Virus record (IMG/VR): IMGVR_UViG_3300034279_000829
DNA: 64,000 nucleotides
Direction: 5' to 3' (one strand)
DNA from: an uncultured virus (IMG/VR IMGVR_UViG_3300034279_000829)
Taxonomy: Duplodnaviria; Heunggongvirae; Uroviricota; Caudoviricetes
Both the position numbers and the translations under genes were made by a program. Below, piece by piece: positions 19,223 through 30,288 of this stretch. Each line of letters starts with the position of its first letter. Within the stretch, counting starts at the first letter, position 1. The notes beneath the pieces are model-generated. The model was given only the letters and a program-made list of their open reading frames with translations, searched no databases and was not told the DNA's origin.

Positions 19223-21631
19223 TTATGTTGAGTACGCCACAGAAAGCGTCAAGGAGACAGTGCCCGCGGACGGCATGAAGGATGGCGAAAAACTAGTGAG
19301 AGCGGTGTTGGATACGCCGTACACAAGAGACACAAAAGCATCGCCGTCATAAACGGCGCAAGCCGTTGGTCGTTGCGTAGTAAACCCGGAAGCACCCGCA
19401 ATTGTTCCCGAGCCAGAATTGACGCCAGCCGCAAACGGCAGCCCAGTCACTCTCATCTGTCCGCTGCCTCCGCTGAAATTGCTTGCTTGGATGGAGCAAT
19501 CCACAAAGACCATGCGCCCAATTTTGGTATACCGCGCACTGAACGCAACGAGCGTGTAGGAAGGGGCAGCGCTTGCAGCCGAGAACGCAGGCGTCCACGT
19601 ACCTTGCTCATAGTCCGACAGCGTATTGGCCGCGGCGGTGTCCGTGCCAAAGAGAATGCCAGTGGACGCGCGAATCGCTCCAGACACATCCAGCCTCATG
19701 GCGGGGCTGGTCGTACCAAGCCCCAAGTTACCGGCGAGGTATGAGTTCGCCGTGGCGTCTGCGTAGAGTGCGTAGTTGTTGGCGCCTGCCGGTGGGCTGA
19801 CAATGCGCACGCCGTAGTTTTCGGCGGCATTGGCGGCGGTGACATATACGCCCGTGTTGGCTCCGCCCGCACCATTGGCCTGCCCCATGAGCGCGTAGTT
19901 GACCGACCCCGCTCCTCCATTGCTAATAGCGTTGATGGCTTGGCCGCCGGCCGCCACTACCTCCAGACGCGAGGCAGGGCTTGGCGTTCCAATGCCGACA
20001 TTGCCGGCCGAAGTGATGCGCATCCCGGCTGCTCCGGTGGCCCACGGCCCGATAGCCAAGGCGCCAGTGTCAATTGTTCCTGCGGAGAATATAAGGGCGC
20101 TGTCGCCAGGCTGAACAAGGCCATTGTTAGCGCCAGAAGAACTGTCTGGACGCAGCCAAGACCACGCGCCAGGCCCGCGAACCATCAGCCCGTCCGTGCC
20201 CTGCGCAGCAGTGGTGACCTCTAGCCTCGCAGCGGGCGCAGTTGTGCCAATGCCGACATTGCCGGCCGAAGTGATGCGCATCCGCTCAGTATTGCCGACC
20301 GTAAACAGCGTGCAGGCGTCCGCATGTGTCTCCTCGTTCATGATCCAAAAGGAGCCGGACTTGTACTTTACAAGGTTTACGTACGTGGTTCCGGTGCCAG
20401 CCACGTTGCTAGTGGCCAATCGGAAGACGGCGCCGCTGAACGCCCCAGAGGCATCCGTGTTCACGCAGTCCACGTAGCGCAGTCCAGCCGCGAGGGTGCT
20501 CCCGAAAGCCGCGCCTGCAGATGTGGTGATCGTAGTAAAAGCACCAGTCGAAGCCGCGGTCGCGCCGATGGCTGTGCCGTTGATTGATCCGCCGGTTACA
20601 GCCACGGACGCCGCAGACTGCGTGGCCAGCGTCCCAAGACCTAGCGTCGTTCGCTGCGCCGCGGCATCGGCGCCAGCGATTAGCGCGCGTCCGGCGGAGG
20701 TGCAGGTGATCTCCTCTACCACGCCGGCGCCCACTCCGGACCTTCCCAGCAGGCGGTCGGTAGCAGAGACGTTCTGGAGCTTGGCGTAGGTGACGGCGCT
20801 GTTCGCTATGTCCGCAGTGATCACGGCGCCGGCATTGATGGTCCACGTGGCACCACTTGCGGAGACTGTGATGTCGCCCTTGTTGCCGTCCGATGGGGCG
20901 CGGGCATCGGAGAGACGCGCATCATCACCCCGGCAGGCCGTTGTAGACGTTGTCCCGTACGACACACTGACCGTGCCGCTGGCTACGCCAAGCCCCGTCC
21001 CAACGATCAGGCCGCCCAAGGTGGTTGTGGTAGCCTGGGGGAGTGTGTACCCGCTGGATGCCGAAATAATCCCGCTCGCATCGATTGAGATGCCCGAGCC
21101 AATGCGCACGCCACCCAGCGTGCTGGCACTTGCCTGCGGGAGCGAGTAGCCGGCTGGGCTACTGCCGGCGGTGATGCGACCCTTACTGTCCACGGTGACG
21201 CTTGTGTAGGTTCCGGCCGTCACTCCAGTGGCTGAGAGAGTCGGGCTGGGGTAGGTGCCTGTGAGATCGCCGCCGGCCGCCCCGGAGGGCGCGCGAGAGT
21301 CGGACAGCCGGGAATCCGTGGCGACCACAACCGCCACCCCGCCCACAGTGAGAGAACCGGAGACATTCCCCCCGGTCAGGCCCACATAGCGCACATCAGC
21401 CGCAGCCTGCGTAAGGGCGCCAATATCCGCCGGGGACAGAGCGTCAGACCCGCCAATAGCGTGGGTGGACTTGTGGGCGGCCACTACAGCGCCGGAAATC
21501 GCGGACACGCCGCCCGCCGCCGTGCGGTAGTACAGCTTGCCGTCGCCTTGGTTAATCGCCACCTCCCCGTCTTCCAGCGAAGCGGGGGCGGCGCCGGGGG
21601 TGTTACTGCGCTTGAGGCGGGGAGGGGGCAT
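19223..21631 (-). CDS. Fibre protein (802 aa)
   Basis: RLKRS...GEVAIN..DGKLYY N-terminus; repeated [22 protein letters not shown]...YTKIGRMV C-terminal head. Confidence 0.75.
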   Translation of the reverse strand: MPPPRLKRSNTPGAAPASLEDGEVAINQGDGKLYYRTAAGGVSAISGAVVAAHKSTHAIGGSDALSPADIGALTQAAADVRYVGLTGGNVSGSLTVGGVAVVVATDSRLSDSRAPSGAAGGDLTGTYPSPTLSATGVTAGTYTSVTVDSKGRITAGSSPAGYSLPQASASTLGGVRIGSGISIDASGIISASSGYTLPQATTTTLGGLIVGTGLGVASGTVSVSYGTTSTTACRGDDARLSDARAPSDGNKGDITVSASGATWTINAGAVITADIANSAVTYAKLQNVSATDRLLGRSGVGAGVVEEITCTSAGRALIAGADAAAQRTTLGLGTLATQSAASVAVTGGSINGTAIGATAASTGAFTTITTSAGAAFGSTLAAGLRYVDCVNTDASGAFSGAVFRLATSNVAGTGTTYVNLVKYKSGSFWIMNEETHADACTLFTVGNTERMRITSAGNVGIGTTAPAARLEVTTAAQGTDGLMVRGPGAWSWLRPDSSSGANNGLVQPGDSALIFSAGTIDTGALAIGPWATGAAGMRITSAGNVGIGTPSPASRLEVVAAGGQAINAISNGGAGSVNYALMGQANGAGGANTGVYVTAANAAENYGVRIVSPPAGANNYALYADATANSYLAGNLGLGTTSPAMRLDVSGAIRASTGILFGTDTAAANTLSDYEQGTWTPAFSAASAAPSYTLVAFSARYTKIGRMVFVDCSIQASNFSGGSGQMRVTGLPFAAGVNSGSGTIAGASGFTTQRPTACAVYDGDAFVSLVYGVSNTALTSFSPSFMPSAGTVSLTLSVAYST

Positions 21632-21947
21632 GAGCGTCCTGCAAGGGGCCTATAGGGCTATTGTCCACCCAAGTGACAGTCGCCTCGTCTAAGACCCAGC
21701 CATCGCCGGGGCATGGCGGAATGAAGGCATCTAGCGCCTCGTCGTAGCGGAACCCGCTGCCCGCGTAGTTTCCGCGAAATGGCCTGCCCTGCGGATGCTG
21801 GTTCCCTTGGGTCCAGTAGCTCGTCCGCAGACAGCGTTGCCCGCGCACCTCCGCGTAGACCGCCTCCCAGTCTCCCTCACTCTCGTCGCGTCCGACGATC
21901 ACCTCGGTGACGATGTTGTCATCGTTCACAAATGCGTAGTGCGCCAT
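21603..21947 (-). CDS. Conserved phage hypothetical protein
   Basis: MAHYA...[26 protein letters not shown]. Confidence 0.65.
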   Translation of the reverse strand: MAHYAFVNDDNIVTEVIVGRDESEGDWEAVYAEVRGQRCLRTSYWTQGNQHPQGRPFRGNYAGSGFRYDEALDAFIPPCPGDGWVLDEATVTWVDNSPIGPLQDAHAPSPPQAQ

Positions 21948-21955
21948 CTGGTTCC

Positions 21956-22822
21956 TCAATTGAATGTCACGGTGCCCGTGCCGGCAGTGATCGTTACGAC
22001 GCTATCCCCGGCAGAGCTAGTCGTTGACGAGGTCAGGCCCGCGCTGACTGTAATTTGCATAGACGAGGCGAACCGCAAAACTACGACCCCAGAGCCTCCA
22101 CCTCCACCTCCACCTCCACCTCCGCCACCGCCACCGCCACCGCCGCCCGTGGACGCAGACCCCGCAGTGCCAACGCCACTACCGACTCGTCCGTTTCCGC
22201 CGCCGCCGGTGCCACCAAGCCCCTGCGACTTGTTTCCAGTGCCGCCGCCACCACCACCGGCATAGGTGACGCTCGTCCCTGTAATGCTGGAGGCAAGCCC
22301 AGCGCCGCCATTGCCAGCCTTCGCGCTGGTGCCAGCCGCACCTGCTGCGCCAGCACCGCCGCCGCCGCCGCCGAGTCTGTAGGTCGCGCCGTCAGTTGAT
22401 CCGGCGCCGCCGCCGAACCCCTGTGTTCCCGCTAGTTGCGCCGAGCCGCCCGATCCGTTAGTCGATGTCACGGTGCCGCCGCCACCGCCTGAGCCTCCGT
22501 CAACGCCAGCGAGAGCCGTAGCCGATGTCGCACCGCCGCCGCCACCGCCAATCGCCACAACCGACAGAGCAATGGAAGGCGAGCCGTTGACGCCTCGCAC
22601 GGCCACGCTGCCCGCACCCCCGGCACCGACTTGAACCGCGTAAGCGACTCCAAGCGTGACGGCCACGGACGTTTCCACAACGCCGCCCCCACCACCGCCG
22701 CCGCCCTGCTCGCCGTTGCCGCCGCCGCCGCCGCCGACCACCAGCACCCTGACGGTGCGGCTAATCTGCGCCCGCAGCCGCGATGCACTAGCGAGAGATG
22801 TGGAAGCGTTGCGGAGCGTCAC
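21956..22822 (-). CDS. Glycine-rich virion protein
   Basis: LVVGGGGGG, YAGGGGGG, GGSGVVVLR. Confidence 0.75.
   Translation of the reverse strand: MTLRNASTSLASASRLRAQISRTVRVLVVGGGGGGNGEQGGGGGGGGVVETSVAVTLGVAYAVQVGAGGAGSVAVRGVNGSPSIALSVVAIGGGGGGATSATALAGVDGGSGGGGGTVTSTNGSGGSAQLAGTQGFGGGAGSTDGATYRLGGGGGGAGAAGAAGTSAKAGNGGAGLASSITGTSVTYAGGGGGGTGNKSQGLGGTGGGGNGRVGSGVGTAGSASTGGGGGGGGGGGGGGGGGGSGVVVLRFASSMQITVSAGLTSSTTSSAGDSVVTITAGTGTVTFN
22095..22147. repeat. CCACCT/CCGCCA hexamer microsatellite encoding poly-Gly
   Basis: Directly visible; encodes an uninterrupted Gly run. Confidence 0.85.
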
Positions 22823-23151
22823 TAGCTGATCTCCACCCCGAAGGCACTGAAGGCTACGCTGGCAGACCCTGCGTACACGCTCACAACGTCAGTCGCCGCC
22901 AGTGTCACGCCAAGCGTGAGAGTCACTGTGTCACTGGCCGGGAGCGGTGCGTCGTAAACCAGATACTGCGAGGTGGCAATCGACGCCCCAGCGGGCCGCA
23001 CCGCGATCCGATAGGTGGTCGCCGTCGCTGCGGTGTTGCACACGGTGATTGTCGAAACAATGGCCTGCGTGGCAGACGGTGCCACATAGAGCGAGACTAG
23101 CGTGGTGGCGGCTGGGTTTGATTGGCCCAGTACCTTGTGTGTCTGCGGCAC
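22822..23151 (-). CDS. Small virion decoration-like protein
   Basis: KVLGQSNP..TT...LY..P...VSTITVCN...FSAFGVEIS. Confidence 0.65.
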   Translation of the reverse strand: MPQTHKVLGQSNPAATTLVSLYVAPSATQAIVSTITVCNTAATATTYRIAVRPAGASIATSQYLVYDAPLPASDTVTLTLGVTLAATDVVSVYAGSASVAFSAFGVEIS

Positions 23152-23154
23152 GTC

Positions 23155-23454
23155 TTAGCCTCCCATGAGAAGAAACGGGTGGAATATCTGGTTGCGAACA
23201 TCGTTCGACAGATCGGCCTCTGTGACGGCACCGGCATTGATGACCCACGTTGCTCCGCTGCCGCTGACCGTGATGTCGCCTTTATTGCCGTCCGACACTC
23301 CGCCGCCGCCGCCCGTGGGCAGCTGCGTCACCACACCTGAGCTATTGCGGTAGTAGAGTTTGCCGTCGCCTTCATTAATGGCGATCTGGCCGCTCACCAA
23401 CGAGGACGGGACGCTGCCCGCCGTTGTCGATCTCAGTATCCGGACGGTAGCCAA
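23155..23454 (-). CDS. Short fibre-anchor-like protein
   Basis: Shares N-terminal anchor and [11 protein letters not shown] module with 19223..21631; ends HPFLLMGG. Confidence 0.65.
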   Translation of the reverse strand: MATVRILRSTTAGSVPSSLVSGQIAINEGDGKLYYRNSSGVVTQLPTGGGGGVSDGNKGDITVSGSGATWVINAGAVTEADLSNDVRNQIFHPFLLMGG

Positions 23455-24750
23455 CTAGAACGTCCCCCCATCGATATCAGAGCTAGGCGCCAGAAAGTCG
23501 GTGCCGGCCACTGCCACGGAATAGGCAGAGCCGTTTCCTTTGAGGAGTCCATTGACGGCCGATGTAAGTCCGGTGCCGCCATAGCCCACGGCAATCGTTG
23601 TCGCCTGCCACACCCCAGTGCCGATGTCGCCCAACGTGGTAATAGAGGTCTGGCCGGCGTAGTTCCCCGGCACGCCGCCGCCGGCACCGGAGAACTGATT
23701 GAACGAGACGCTGGTCGTTCCGACCGTGATCGTCCCGGTGGTGGAAAGCACCCACGCCGTTCCGCCGCCTAATGTGCCCTGGTCAACGTAGACGAACGAC
23801 CCGGTAGTCAGCGTGGTGCTGGAGTTAGCGTCCGCAGAACGCGCCCACGCCCCGGCCGCGGCAACGTACAGACCGTTCTGGCTGGCAGTGGTCTGATTCT
23901 TCACCAACACCCGGTCGCCGGCCAGCACCGACACGCCGTCGATGGTCTGCGTGCCGGACAGCGTGATGTTCGCCGTGGTCGCAACCTTGACTGACGCTTT
24001 GAACTCCAGGCCAATCGAAGCGTTGTCCACGTACGCCTTCGTCGCAGCATCTTGGGCGTTGGTTGGATTGACTAGATTGGTGAGTCCGAACCCGCCCATG
24101 TTGTAGTTGCCCGTCGCCGTCGCAAGCGTGTTCAGCGGGTTGGTCTGGACCTGCGTGTCGAAGCCCGTGATGTCGCCCGGCACAATGGCCAGGATTGACT
24201 TGGCCTGCGTGGGGGTCAGGTCTTCGGGCGCCCCAGTGCCCGTCGATACGCGCCCCTTGATCGTCGCCGTGCTGACCGTCGCCAGCTTGGCATTGGTCAC
24301 CGTGCCGGACGGGATGGTCACCGAGATGGAAGTGGTGCCAGTGCCGGTCGCGTCTCCCGAGATGGAGATGCTCTGGTTGGTGGTCAGGTAGTTGAGCGAC
24401 TTCACAAAGGCCGTGGTCGCGACCGCGGTTGAGGTGTCGCCTGGCGATTGGGTTGTGGCGGTAGCGGAGCCAAGAGCTACGGTGCTAGTGAACGTGACGC
24501 CGCCGGCGAACGTGTATGTGCCGAATGCGGAGTGCGTGCCAGTGAGCGCCAGAAACGAACCCGGCCCCGAGATCGGCAGGACGGTGGTCGCCGTCCCACC
24601 AGCCCCACCTGTGCCCAAGCCATAGAACAGCGTGCCGGCCGTAGTCGCACTGGCATTAGACTTGTGCGCCTCGGCAAACGCGATCTCTGCATTGGCCAGC
24701 GAGCTTGGTGCCGTTCCGGCTGTGGATCGTTTGACGCGAATTGTCGCCAT
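23455..24750 (-). CDS. Fibre protein
   Basis: KASVKVATTANITLSGTQTIDGV...GDRVLVKNQT..SQNG.Y; ends IDGGTF. Confidence 0.75.
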   Translation of the reverse strand: MATIRVKRSTAGTAPSSLANAEIAFAEAHKSNASATTAGTLFYGLGTGGAGGTATTVLPISGPGSFLALTGTHSAFGTYTFAGGVTFTSTVALGSATATTQSPGDTSTAVATTAFVKSLNYLTTNQSISISGDATGTGTTSISVTIPSGTVTNAKLATVSTATIKGRVSTGTGAPEDLTPTQAKSILAIVPGDITGFDTQVQTNPLNTLATATGNYNMGGFGLTNLVNPTNAQDAATKAYVDNASIGLEFKASVKVATTANITLSGTQTIDGVSVLAGDRVLVKNQTTASQNGLYVAAAGAWARSADANSSTTLTTGSFVYVDQGTLGGGTAWVLSTTGTITVGTTSVSFNQFSGAGGGVPGNYAGQTSITTLGDIGTGVWQATTIAVGYGGTGLTSAVNGLLKGNGSAYSVAVAGTDFLAPSSDIDGGTF

Positions 24751-25106
24751 TAGAAATTACCCCCGTCCAAAAGTTGGTTCTCCGAATAATTGCGCCACTT
24801 GCCGTCCGACCAGCGCAGCACATCCCCAGTCTTTATGTCAGTCATCTCCACATCGCTGGAGGAGGGAAGAGAGAACCGCAGGGAGTTCAGCAGGTACGGC
24901 AGTTCCCTCCATCGCGTCACCCCGTCCCCGATCTTGATCGCTCCCGAGCCGAACGCCGGATCCGAGTAGCTGAACGTGTCCAGCGACACCTCAGTGCCAG
25001 ATGGCACATCCCTCTCATAGCCAATTTCGCCCGCCGCCAGAATCGGGTTAACGGCCAGCCATTCAGCGGCCGTGCCACGGCGGAACTGAACTAGCTGATA
25101 GCTCAA
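24750..25106 (-). CDS. Mtd N-terminal-like fibre anchor protein
   Basis: QFRRGTAAEW..NPILAAGEIGYE...KIGDGVT.W..LPY. Confidence 0.75.
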   Translation of the reverse strand: MSYQLVQFRRGTAAEWLAVNPILAAGEIGYERDVPSGTEVSLDTFSYSDPAFGSGAIKIGDGVTRWRELPYLLNSLRFSLPSSSDVEMTDIKTGDVLRWSDGKWRNYSENQLLDGGNF

Positions 25107-25636
25107 ACGCCCCTCCCCTTGGCGCGGTAGGCGTGCTTCTCAATCACCCTCTCGCGCAGGTCGCTCGCTTTCGCACCAGGATTCTTGCGCTTGGCCTTTG
25201 CCACTTCATCCCGAACAATCGACTCGCTGATGAGCTTCCGCTTCGGATCGGCCGGACCCGGGTCGTAGTTCACGGTCCCAGACACCGCCAGCCGGCGAGC
25301 ATGAGCGACCTTCAGCACCTCGTCGTTGTTGGACACCCACGCTGCGGGGTCTTGCCAGCCACGCTTATCCGCCAAGCCGCCCACGTAATACTTGCCCGAG
25401 ATGTTGATGCCCGCCTTCTTGGCTTCGGCGGCCACGTACTTCGCTTGGCGCACCGGCATGTCATCTAGCTGCTGGTTGTTCATGCGGCCCTCCATGAACG
25501 CCCGGTCTGTGCCAGACGTTCCCGGGGGAGTCTGCGTGGCAACCATCGCCGCCCACTTCTCACCGTAGGGCAGGGCACGCTTGTAGCTCTCAATGGCCTC
25601 ACGGCCGGCTCGTTGGACTTCAACTGGGATTTGCAT
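25103..25636 (-). CDS. Hypothetical protein after portal
   Basis: Clean ORF in the coupled operon. Confidence 0.6.
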   Translation of the reverse strand: MQIPVEVQRAGREAIESYKRALPYGEKWAAMVATQTPPGTSGTDRAFMEGRMNNQQLDDMPVRQAKYVAAEAKKAGINISGKYYVGGLADKRGWQDPAAWVSNNDEVLKVAHARRLAVSGTVNYDPGPADPKRKLISESIVRDEVAKAKRKNPGAKASDLRERVIEKHAYRAKGRGV

Positions 25637-27611
25637 CGGGCGGTCCTTGCTGGGGTGCTTCGGGGGGCGGGCCTGGAGGAGGCGGCGGGGGAGGGGGCAC
25701 CATGTAGCGTGAAACGTCCACGTTCATTGCCTTGCCCCAATCCTCCAAGAGGGCGTTGAACAGTTCTGGGCGACCGGCCTGGAGGAGGCCCTGACTGACC
25801 GGCGCGAGGATCTGCATCGCGTTGGTGATGTTCTCAATGCGAGTGGCGTTGTTGGGCTTCTTCACGGAGCCGGCTTCAACGCGGTACGAATACTCGCGGA
25901 CGATGGAATCCGGGTCTTCGTTCTGAACGTGCATCTGCCACGCCTGCGCCGCCATCGGCCCAAGGAGCGGGGCAACGTCCTGCGGTGCGATCAACCACCG
26001 CGCAAGCAAAGCCTCCTTGCGGGCTACCAAGGACAGGGCGTCCTCAAGAATCGAAGCGTAATCGTCCGGCCTGACCGAAATCTGCTCAGCCTTGACCTGC
26101 GCCTCTGCAGCTGACCTGAACTGGTTCCGGGTCATTCCATAAATGAGTTCTGTCAAACCCACTCGCCGGTCGAAGAGTGCGGTGACCTCGGAGATGATCT
26201 GGTACATGTCCGATGTCACGCCCGGCATCTGGAACACCGAGATCACATCGTTGACAGACCGGCCGATGGCTTCGGAAATCTCTACGATCTTGAACCCGCC
26301 CTCGTCCTTCTCCAGGATCTTGGCCTTCAGATCCGGGTCGGCAGACTTCGCCACGCCGATGAGAACCTGGGCGCTCGTCGCAATGCGAGTGGCCAAGAAG
26401 GACATGGCCCAGTTGATGAACCGAAGCTCACCGATGCCGGGACGAATGATGCTGATGGGCCAGCTGTACCCGGGCTTGCCGTGCCAAGACAGGACGGTGA
26501 ACGGCCAGCCGCCCGGCTCCGCCCAGAAGGGGATCGGCCACTGAGCGGCCATGAACATTGACGGCGCCACGCCGGTTTCGTCCACCTCCTCCTGAAGCAT
26601 TGCCTCTGGCATGTTCAGGGGGAAGTCGATTCCTTCCGCGACAACGATGTAGCAGTTGGGGCCGAACGCATCGAACTTGCCGCGCAGGTCTTGGTCGGCG
26701 TTCTTGAGCCGGTCACCGAAGCCAGTCTTTGAGTAAATCTCCCAGTAGCAGATCAGATCGTTGCTTAGGCCCAGCTTCTTCTTGTACTCAAAGCCGCGCT
26801 CGTTGTTGTCGGCGCGGGATGAGTAGCTCTCCATGTGCCCCTTCAGGGCGTCACGGGACAGCCCAAACTTGGCCGCGACCTCATCGACCGGCTGCACGCG
26901 CTTGCGGGCGGCCCAGCGGATGTCCTCAAACTCGTCCGCGTCCGGATCCCAGACGAGGTTGTCGATGGTGTCGTAGAAGCTCCCAGCCATCTTCAGCTGC
27001 GAGCCTGGCGGGGAGTAAAGCTCATGCCACCACACCCCGGCACCCTTAATGAACGCTTCCTCCACCACCTTGCGGGAGTGGCGCTTCAGGTCCAGTTCGT
27101 TGGGGGTGTAGTTCAGGTAGTCTTCCAGAAGCCGGGAGACGAGCTTCCGCTTCTCAAGCATCATCTGCTGCTGCTGCAAGCCCTGCTGGTACATCTGCAG
27201 GCCGGGGTCCGGCATCATCACAGGCTGGCCATCGGGGCCGATGATTGGCTGGCCGTCCGGCCCCATGGCAGGGATGGGGGGCTGGGGCTGGATGCCAAGG
27301 AGTGCTGGCCCGATGATCGGGTACTCCTTCGGGGTGACGGCCCGGTTGGGGTTGCGGTGGTGAATGACGGCCGTGAACAGACGCACCGCCTCCCAAACAC
27401 GGTTGACCTGCATCCGGAAGGCCGGCGGGGTCATGCCCTTGTTGTAGCCGCGTTCCCCGCGCGCGTACCCGTCCTTCCACATGAAGTCCGGGTCGCCCGC
27501 GAAGAAGTTCATCGCCTCATCGGCGTCCTCGCTGAAAGGGCGCTTGTGCTTGGTGGCCTGCTTGATGCACTCAAGCCAGCGGGTGACGATAGGGCGAAGC
27601 GGCTTGTCCAT
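25620..27611 (-). CDS. Portal protein
   Basis: 663 aa near TerL; WDPDA, R.SAAEAQ, YRVEAGS..KPN; Pro-rich tail. Confidence 0.8.
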   Translation of the reverse strand: MDKPLRPIVTRWLECIKQATKHKRPFSEDADEAMNFFAGDPDFMWKDGYARGERGYNKGMTPPAFRMQVNRVWEAVRLFTAVIHHRNPNRAVTPKEYPIIGPALLGIQPQPPIPAMGPDGQPIIGPDGQPVMMPDPGLQMYQQGLQQQQMMLEKRKLVSRLLEDYLNYTPNELDLKRHSRKVVEEAFIKGAGVWWHELYSPPGSQLKMAGSFYDTIDNLVWDPDADEFEDIRWAARKRVQPVDEVAAKFGLSRDALKGHMESYSSRADNNERGFEYKKKLGLSNDLICYWEIYSKTGFGDRLKNADQDLRGKFDAFGPNCYIVVAEGIDFPLNMPEAMLQEEVDETGVAPSMFMAAQWPIPFWAEPGGWPFTVLSWHGKPGYSWPISIIRPGIGELRFINWAMSFLATRIATSAQVLIGVAKSADPDLKAKILEKDEGGFKIVEISEAIGRSVNDVISVFQMPGVTSDMYQIISEVTALFDRRVGLTELIYGMTRNQFRSAAEAQVKAEQISVRPDDYASILEDALSLVARKEALLARWLIAPQDVAPLLGPMAAQAWQMHVQNEDPDSIVREYSYRVEAGSVKKPNNATRIENITNAMQILAPVSQGLLQAGRPELFNALLEDWGKAMNVDVSRYMVPPPPPPPPGPPPEAPQQGPPDANPS

Positions 27612-27620
27612 GGAGACTCC

Positions 27621-27636
27621 TATAGGTCAGTGTCCT
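27621..27636 (-). promoter_or_regulatory. Putative late promoter motif AGGACACTGACCTATA
   Basis: Related motif upstream of the scaffold gene (36171) and of ORF 40070 (40081). Confidence 0.55.
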
Positions 27637-27953
27637 CACTTGGCCTTTCGGGCCTCCAAGTCAGCCACTTTCCGCTCCAAGAGCGCCACTTTCTCCGCGA
27701 GAATCGCGTTCTTCTGGGGCTTGTGTTCCCAGAATCCGTACTCCTTCCAGGCCGGGAACTCGTTCACCCCGGGGTCGGTGGTGTGGTGGACGCTGTGCTT
27801 CTCGTTCCCGCCGTAGCCCGGGGCAATGGCCCAGAGCGTGAGCGTGCGGGACGAGGCCCGCGTCACCATGGCCGGCACAGCCTCGGCTCCCTCATGGGCA
27901 CGGAACAGTACCCAATCCCCAACTTCCGCAGACGGCATCACAAAATCGCTCAT
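27636..27953 (-). CDS. Hypothetical protein
   Basis: P..GDWV.F...VPAMVT pattern; short C-terminal coiled coil. Confidence 0.6.
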   Translation of the reverse strand: MSDFVMPSAEVGDWVLFRAHEGAEAVPAMVTRASSRTLTLWAIAPGYGGNEKHSVHHTTDPGVNEFPAWKEYGFWEHKPQKNAILAEKVALLERKVADLEARKAK

Positions 27954-29635
27954 TGTCTTCGACTCCCCATTGGACCCAGGACGATGCAGGAGTCTTCGGA
28001 CCCCTGCTGACGGCGGCGCTTGTCCGCCAGGTACTTAACCCACCACGGATCCGGCCCGTAGGTTTTGGGCGGTGCGTGGTATTTCGGTTCATAGGCACAG
28101 AGATACTCCACCGACTGGATGGCGTGGACCTCACCCCGGCTCTGGGGTTCGTCGGTGACATAGACCTGACCATTGACGGTGGTTGTCTTTTTGCGGTAGC
28201 GGCGAATCTCGCGCATGAGATTCGGGCACGCCCCCTCCAGGAACTTGAGCTTGGTGGTTCCATCTCCACGGATGTGAAGCATCTGCCGGACGAGAGCCGT
28301 GCGGGCCGGGATGTCATCCGAGCCGGGTATGAACCCGAACCCGCTCATCTGGGCCTTGATGTTCTTTTTGCGTAGCTCTTCCGAATACAGTTCATGCGGC
28401 AACCGGCCCGAGCCGAGATCGCGCAGCATGCCGCCGTGCATGTCGATGATGAACGTGCGGAACGACTGGCCCTCCGCCTTCTGGGCAAACTGCTCGCCAA
28501 AGATCAGCGCATTGGCCTGACGGATGTACAGTTCGTCGTAGATCAGCAGGAACTTTTCGTCCGGGGGAACCGCGCCGAATACGCACGCGAGGACTGTATG
28601 GCCAGGGTCGATCGCCACATACCGCGTCCATTCAGCGGGCACCACGCCACCGGGTAGATCCTCGCGCCGCAGTACATGCACCGCAGGATTGAAGGACGGG
28701 TACATGAGCGTCGATTCGGTAGTGAACTCGCCCTCCGCCCGCATGCGAAGCTCGTCCATTCCCAAGGCCGACCAGCGTTCGATGTTTTTCTTTTTCTCTT
28801 CCTGGTCGATGTGGGCGTTATCCAAGAACCGCAGCGTGAACTTCTTAATGATCGGATTTGTCTGCCCCTCTTCCTCCGCCTTGTCCGCACGTTCACACAG
28901 CCCCAGCAGCGCATCGTTCTTACTGTGCGGCATGGCCGACCAGACGAACCGCCCCTTGCGGTCGGCAAGGCGAGCCTGCATCTCGCCAACCCACCTTTCA
29001 TTATTAATATCCTCATCAATGTGAACTAAGTCTGCCTGAAAGCCCTGCGGCGGTTCGCCCTCTGACGAGAAGCAGTTAATCGTCCAGCCATTTGTTAGCT
29101 CAGCCTTGTTCAGGTAGCCGGCGTTCTTCAGCACCCAACTCATCTCTTTGATCATTCGCGGCGGGATGAGCGGTGGCGCCGGTTTGGCTTTGGTGGGATC
29201 GTCCACTCCTGGCTTGAAGGCCCTCCACTGGCCGGTCTTCTCGTCCTTGATCATCTTGAACGCACCCGCGCGGAACAGCATCGGCACCACCACCAGGCCG
29301 ATGTGGGGCCAGTTCCGGCCGATGATTACCAGATTCCCGCCCTCTTTCGGGTACTTCCCGTACGGGTCTTGTCCGGTGGCCGCGCGAGCGTCCTCTATGA
29401 AACTTGCTGCGCTCTTGCCGCTTCGGTTGCCACCGATCAGCAGGCGCTCGCTCGCCATGCACTTGTGGAACTCCTCCTGCTTTTCCATGGGGACATAGAG
29501 ACGCAGGGCTTCGATCCGGCGTTCCGCCAGTTCAATCTGCACATCGCGCAGCTGGTTGAGAGCGTGCTGCGTGATGCCTTGGACCGCCGGCTCATCAGGC
29601 GCCGGAGGCGGCGGGATCGGTGGGTGCTTGCGCAT
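27950..29635 (-). CDS. terL: Terminase large subunit
   Basis: GGNRSGKS Walker A, HIDED Walker B, AIDPG RNase H-like nuclease. Confidence 0.92.
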   Translation of the reverse strand: MRKHPPIPPPPAPDEPAVQGITQHALNQLRDVQIELAERRIEALRLYVPMEKQEEFHKCMASERLLIGGNRSGKSAASFIEDARAATGQDPYGKYPKEGGNLVIIGRNWPHIGLVVVPMLFRAGAFKMIKDEKTGQWRAFKPGVDDPTKAKPAPPLIPPRMIKEMSWVLKNAGYLNKAELTNGWTINCFSSEGEPPQGFQADLVHIDEDINNERWVGEMQARLADRKGRFVWSAMPHSKNDALLGLCERADKAEEEGQTNPIIKKFTLRFLDNAHIDQEEKKKNIERWSALGMDELRMRAEGEFTTESTLMYPSFNPAVHVLRREDLPGGVVPAEWTRYVAIDPGHTVLACVFGAVPPDEKFLLIYDELYIRQANALIFGEQFAQKAEGQSFRTFIIDMHGGMLRDLGSGRLPHELYSEELRKKNIKAQMSGFGFIPGSDDIPARTALVRQMLHIRGDGTTKLKFLEGACPNLMREIRRYRKKTTTVNGQVYVTDEPQSRGEVHAIQSVEYLCAYEPKYHAPPKTYGPDPWWVKYLADKRRRQQGSEDSCIVLGPMGSRRQ

Positions 29636-29777
29636 ATTCTCCGCAGTAGTCGGACGCCGCCGTCACCGGCTGGACATCCTCATCCGGCGTCACCTGTGGG
29701 GGGTATCTCCGACACTTGCCGAACGCCGGGCTGGCCTTCTTGTACTGGTCCCACCACCGGCACGTTTGACACTTCAT
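29595..29777 (-). CDS. Small Cys-rich protein
   Basis: C..C.WW...GKCRRYPP...DYCGEY; AAGGAG RBS. Confidence 0.55.
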   Translation of the reverse strand: MKCQTCRWWDQYKKASPAFGKCRRYPPQVTPDEDVQPVTAASDYCGEYAQAPTDPAASGA

Positions 29778-30288
29778 GCTGCATCTCCTTCAAAGGTATC
29801 CCCTGAACAGTGATCGTCGTTGCGGCCTCAAGGATTCGCTCCCGCAACTCATCTTCCAGTTCCTCTTCAGTCCACGCGGTGAGTGGTTTCTTGGCCCCGC
29901 CCATGGCGGTGTTGGCGGAGACGAGGCGCACCACCGTATCCAGCATCTTGGTGCGAAACGCTCCGCCGGATGGGGAGTCGAACAGCTGCTTCATGTAGCA
30001 GTTTGCGAACCCCCGAACGCCGCCGAAGTATTCCATCAGAACTTCCAAGAGTTCCGATGAGTGCGGGATGTTCGCGCCGCCGATGCGGGCGGATGCGACG
30101 AACAGATCGACAGCACCCTTCTCAATCTCCGCTAGTTTCTTGTTGGTCTTCTTCTTGCGGGCCTTCTTCTCATGGGAATTGCGGCACTTGCGACACCGCG
30201 CGTGAAACCCATCCTTCGACTTGTGCCAGTTGGCGGGGGTCAACTCATAGGAGTTCCCGCACTGGATGCACGCTTTATAGTCTGACAT
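29680..30288 (-). CDS. Zn-finger protein, candidate terminase small subunit
   Basis: CxxC...CxxC plus basic helix; LTAWTEEELE tail; upstream of TerL. Confidence 0.5.
   Translation of the reverse strand: MSDYKACIQCGNSYELTPANWHKSKDGFHARCRKCRNSHEKKARKKKTNKKLAEIEKGAVDLFVASARIGGANIPHSSELLEVLMEYFGGVRGFANCYMKQLFDSPSGGAFRTKMLDTVVRLVSANTAMGGAKKPLTAWTEEELEDELRERILEAATTITVQGIPLKEMQHEVSNVPVVGPVQEGQPGVRQVSEIPPTGDAG

Noticed and set aside
19223..25106. Diversity-generating retroelement suggested by the Mtd_N-like gene and repeats
   Set aside because: No reverse transcriptase is present, and the repeat differences are not adenine-specific.
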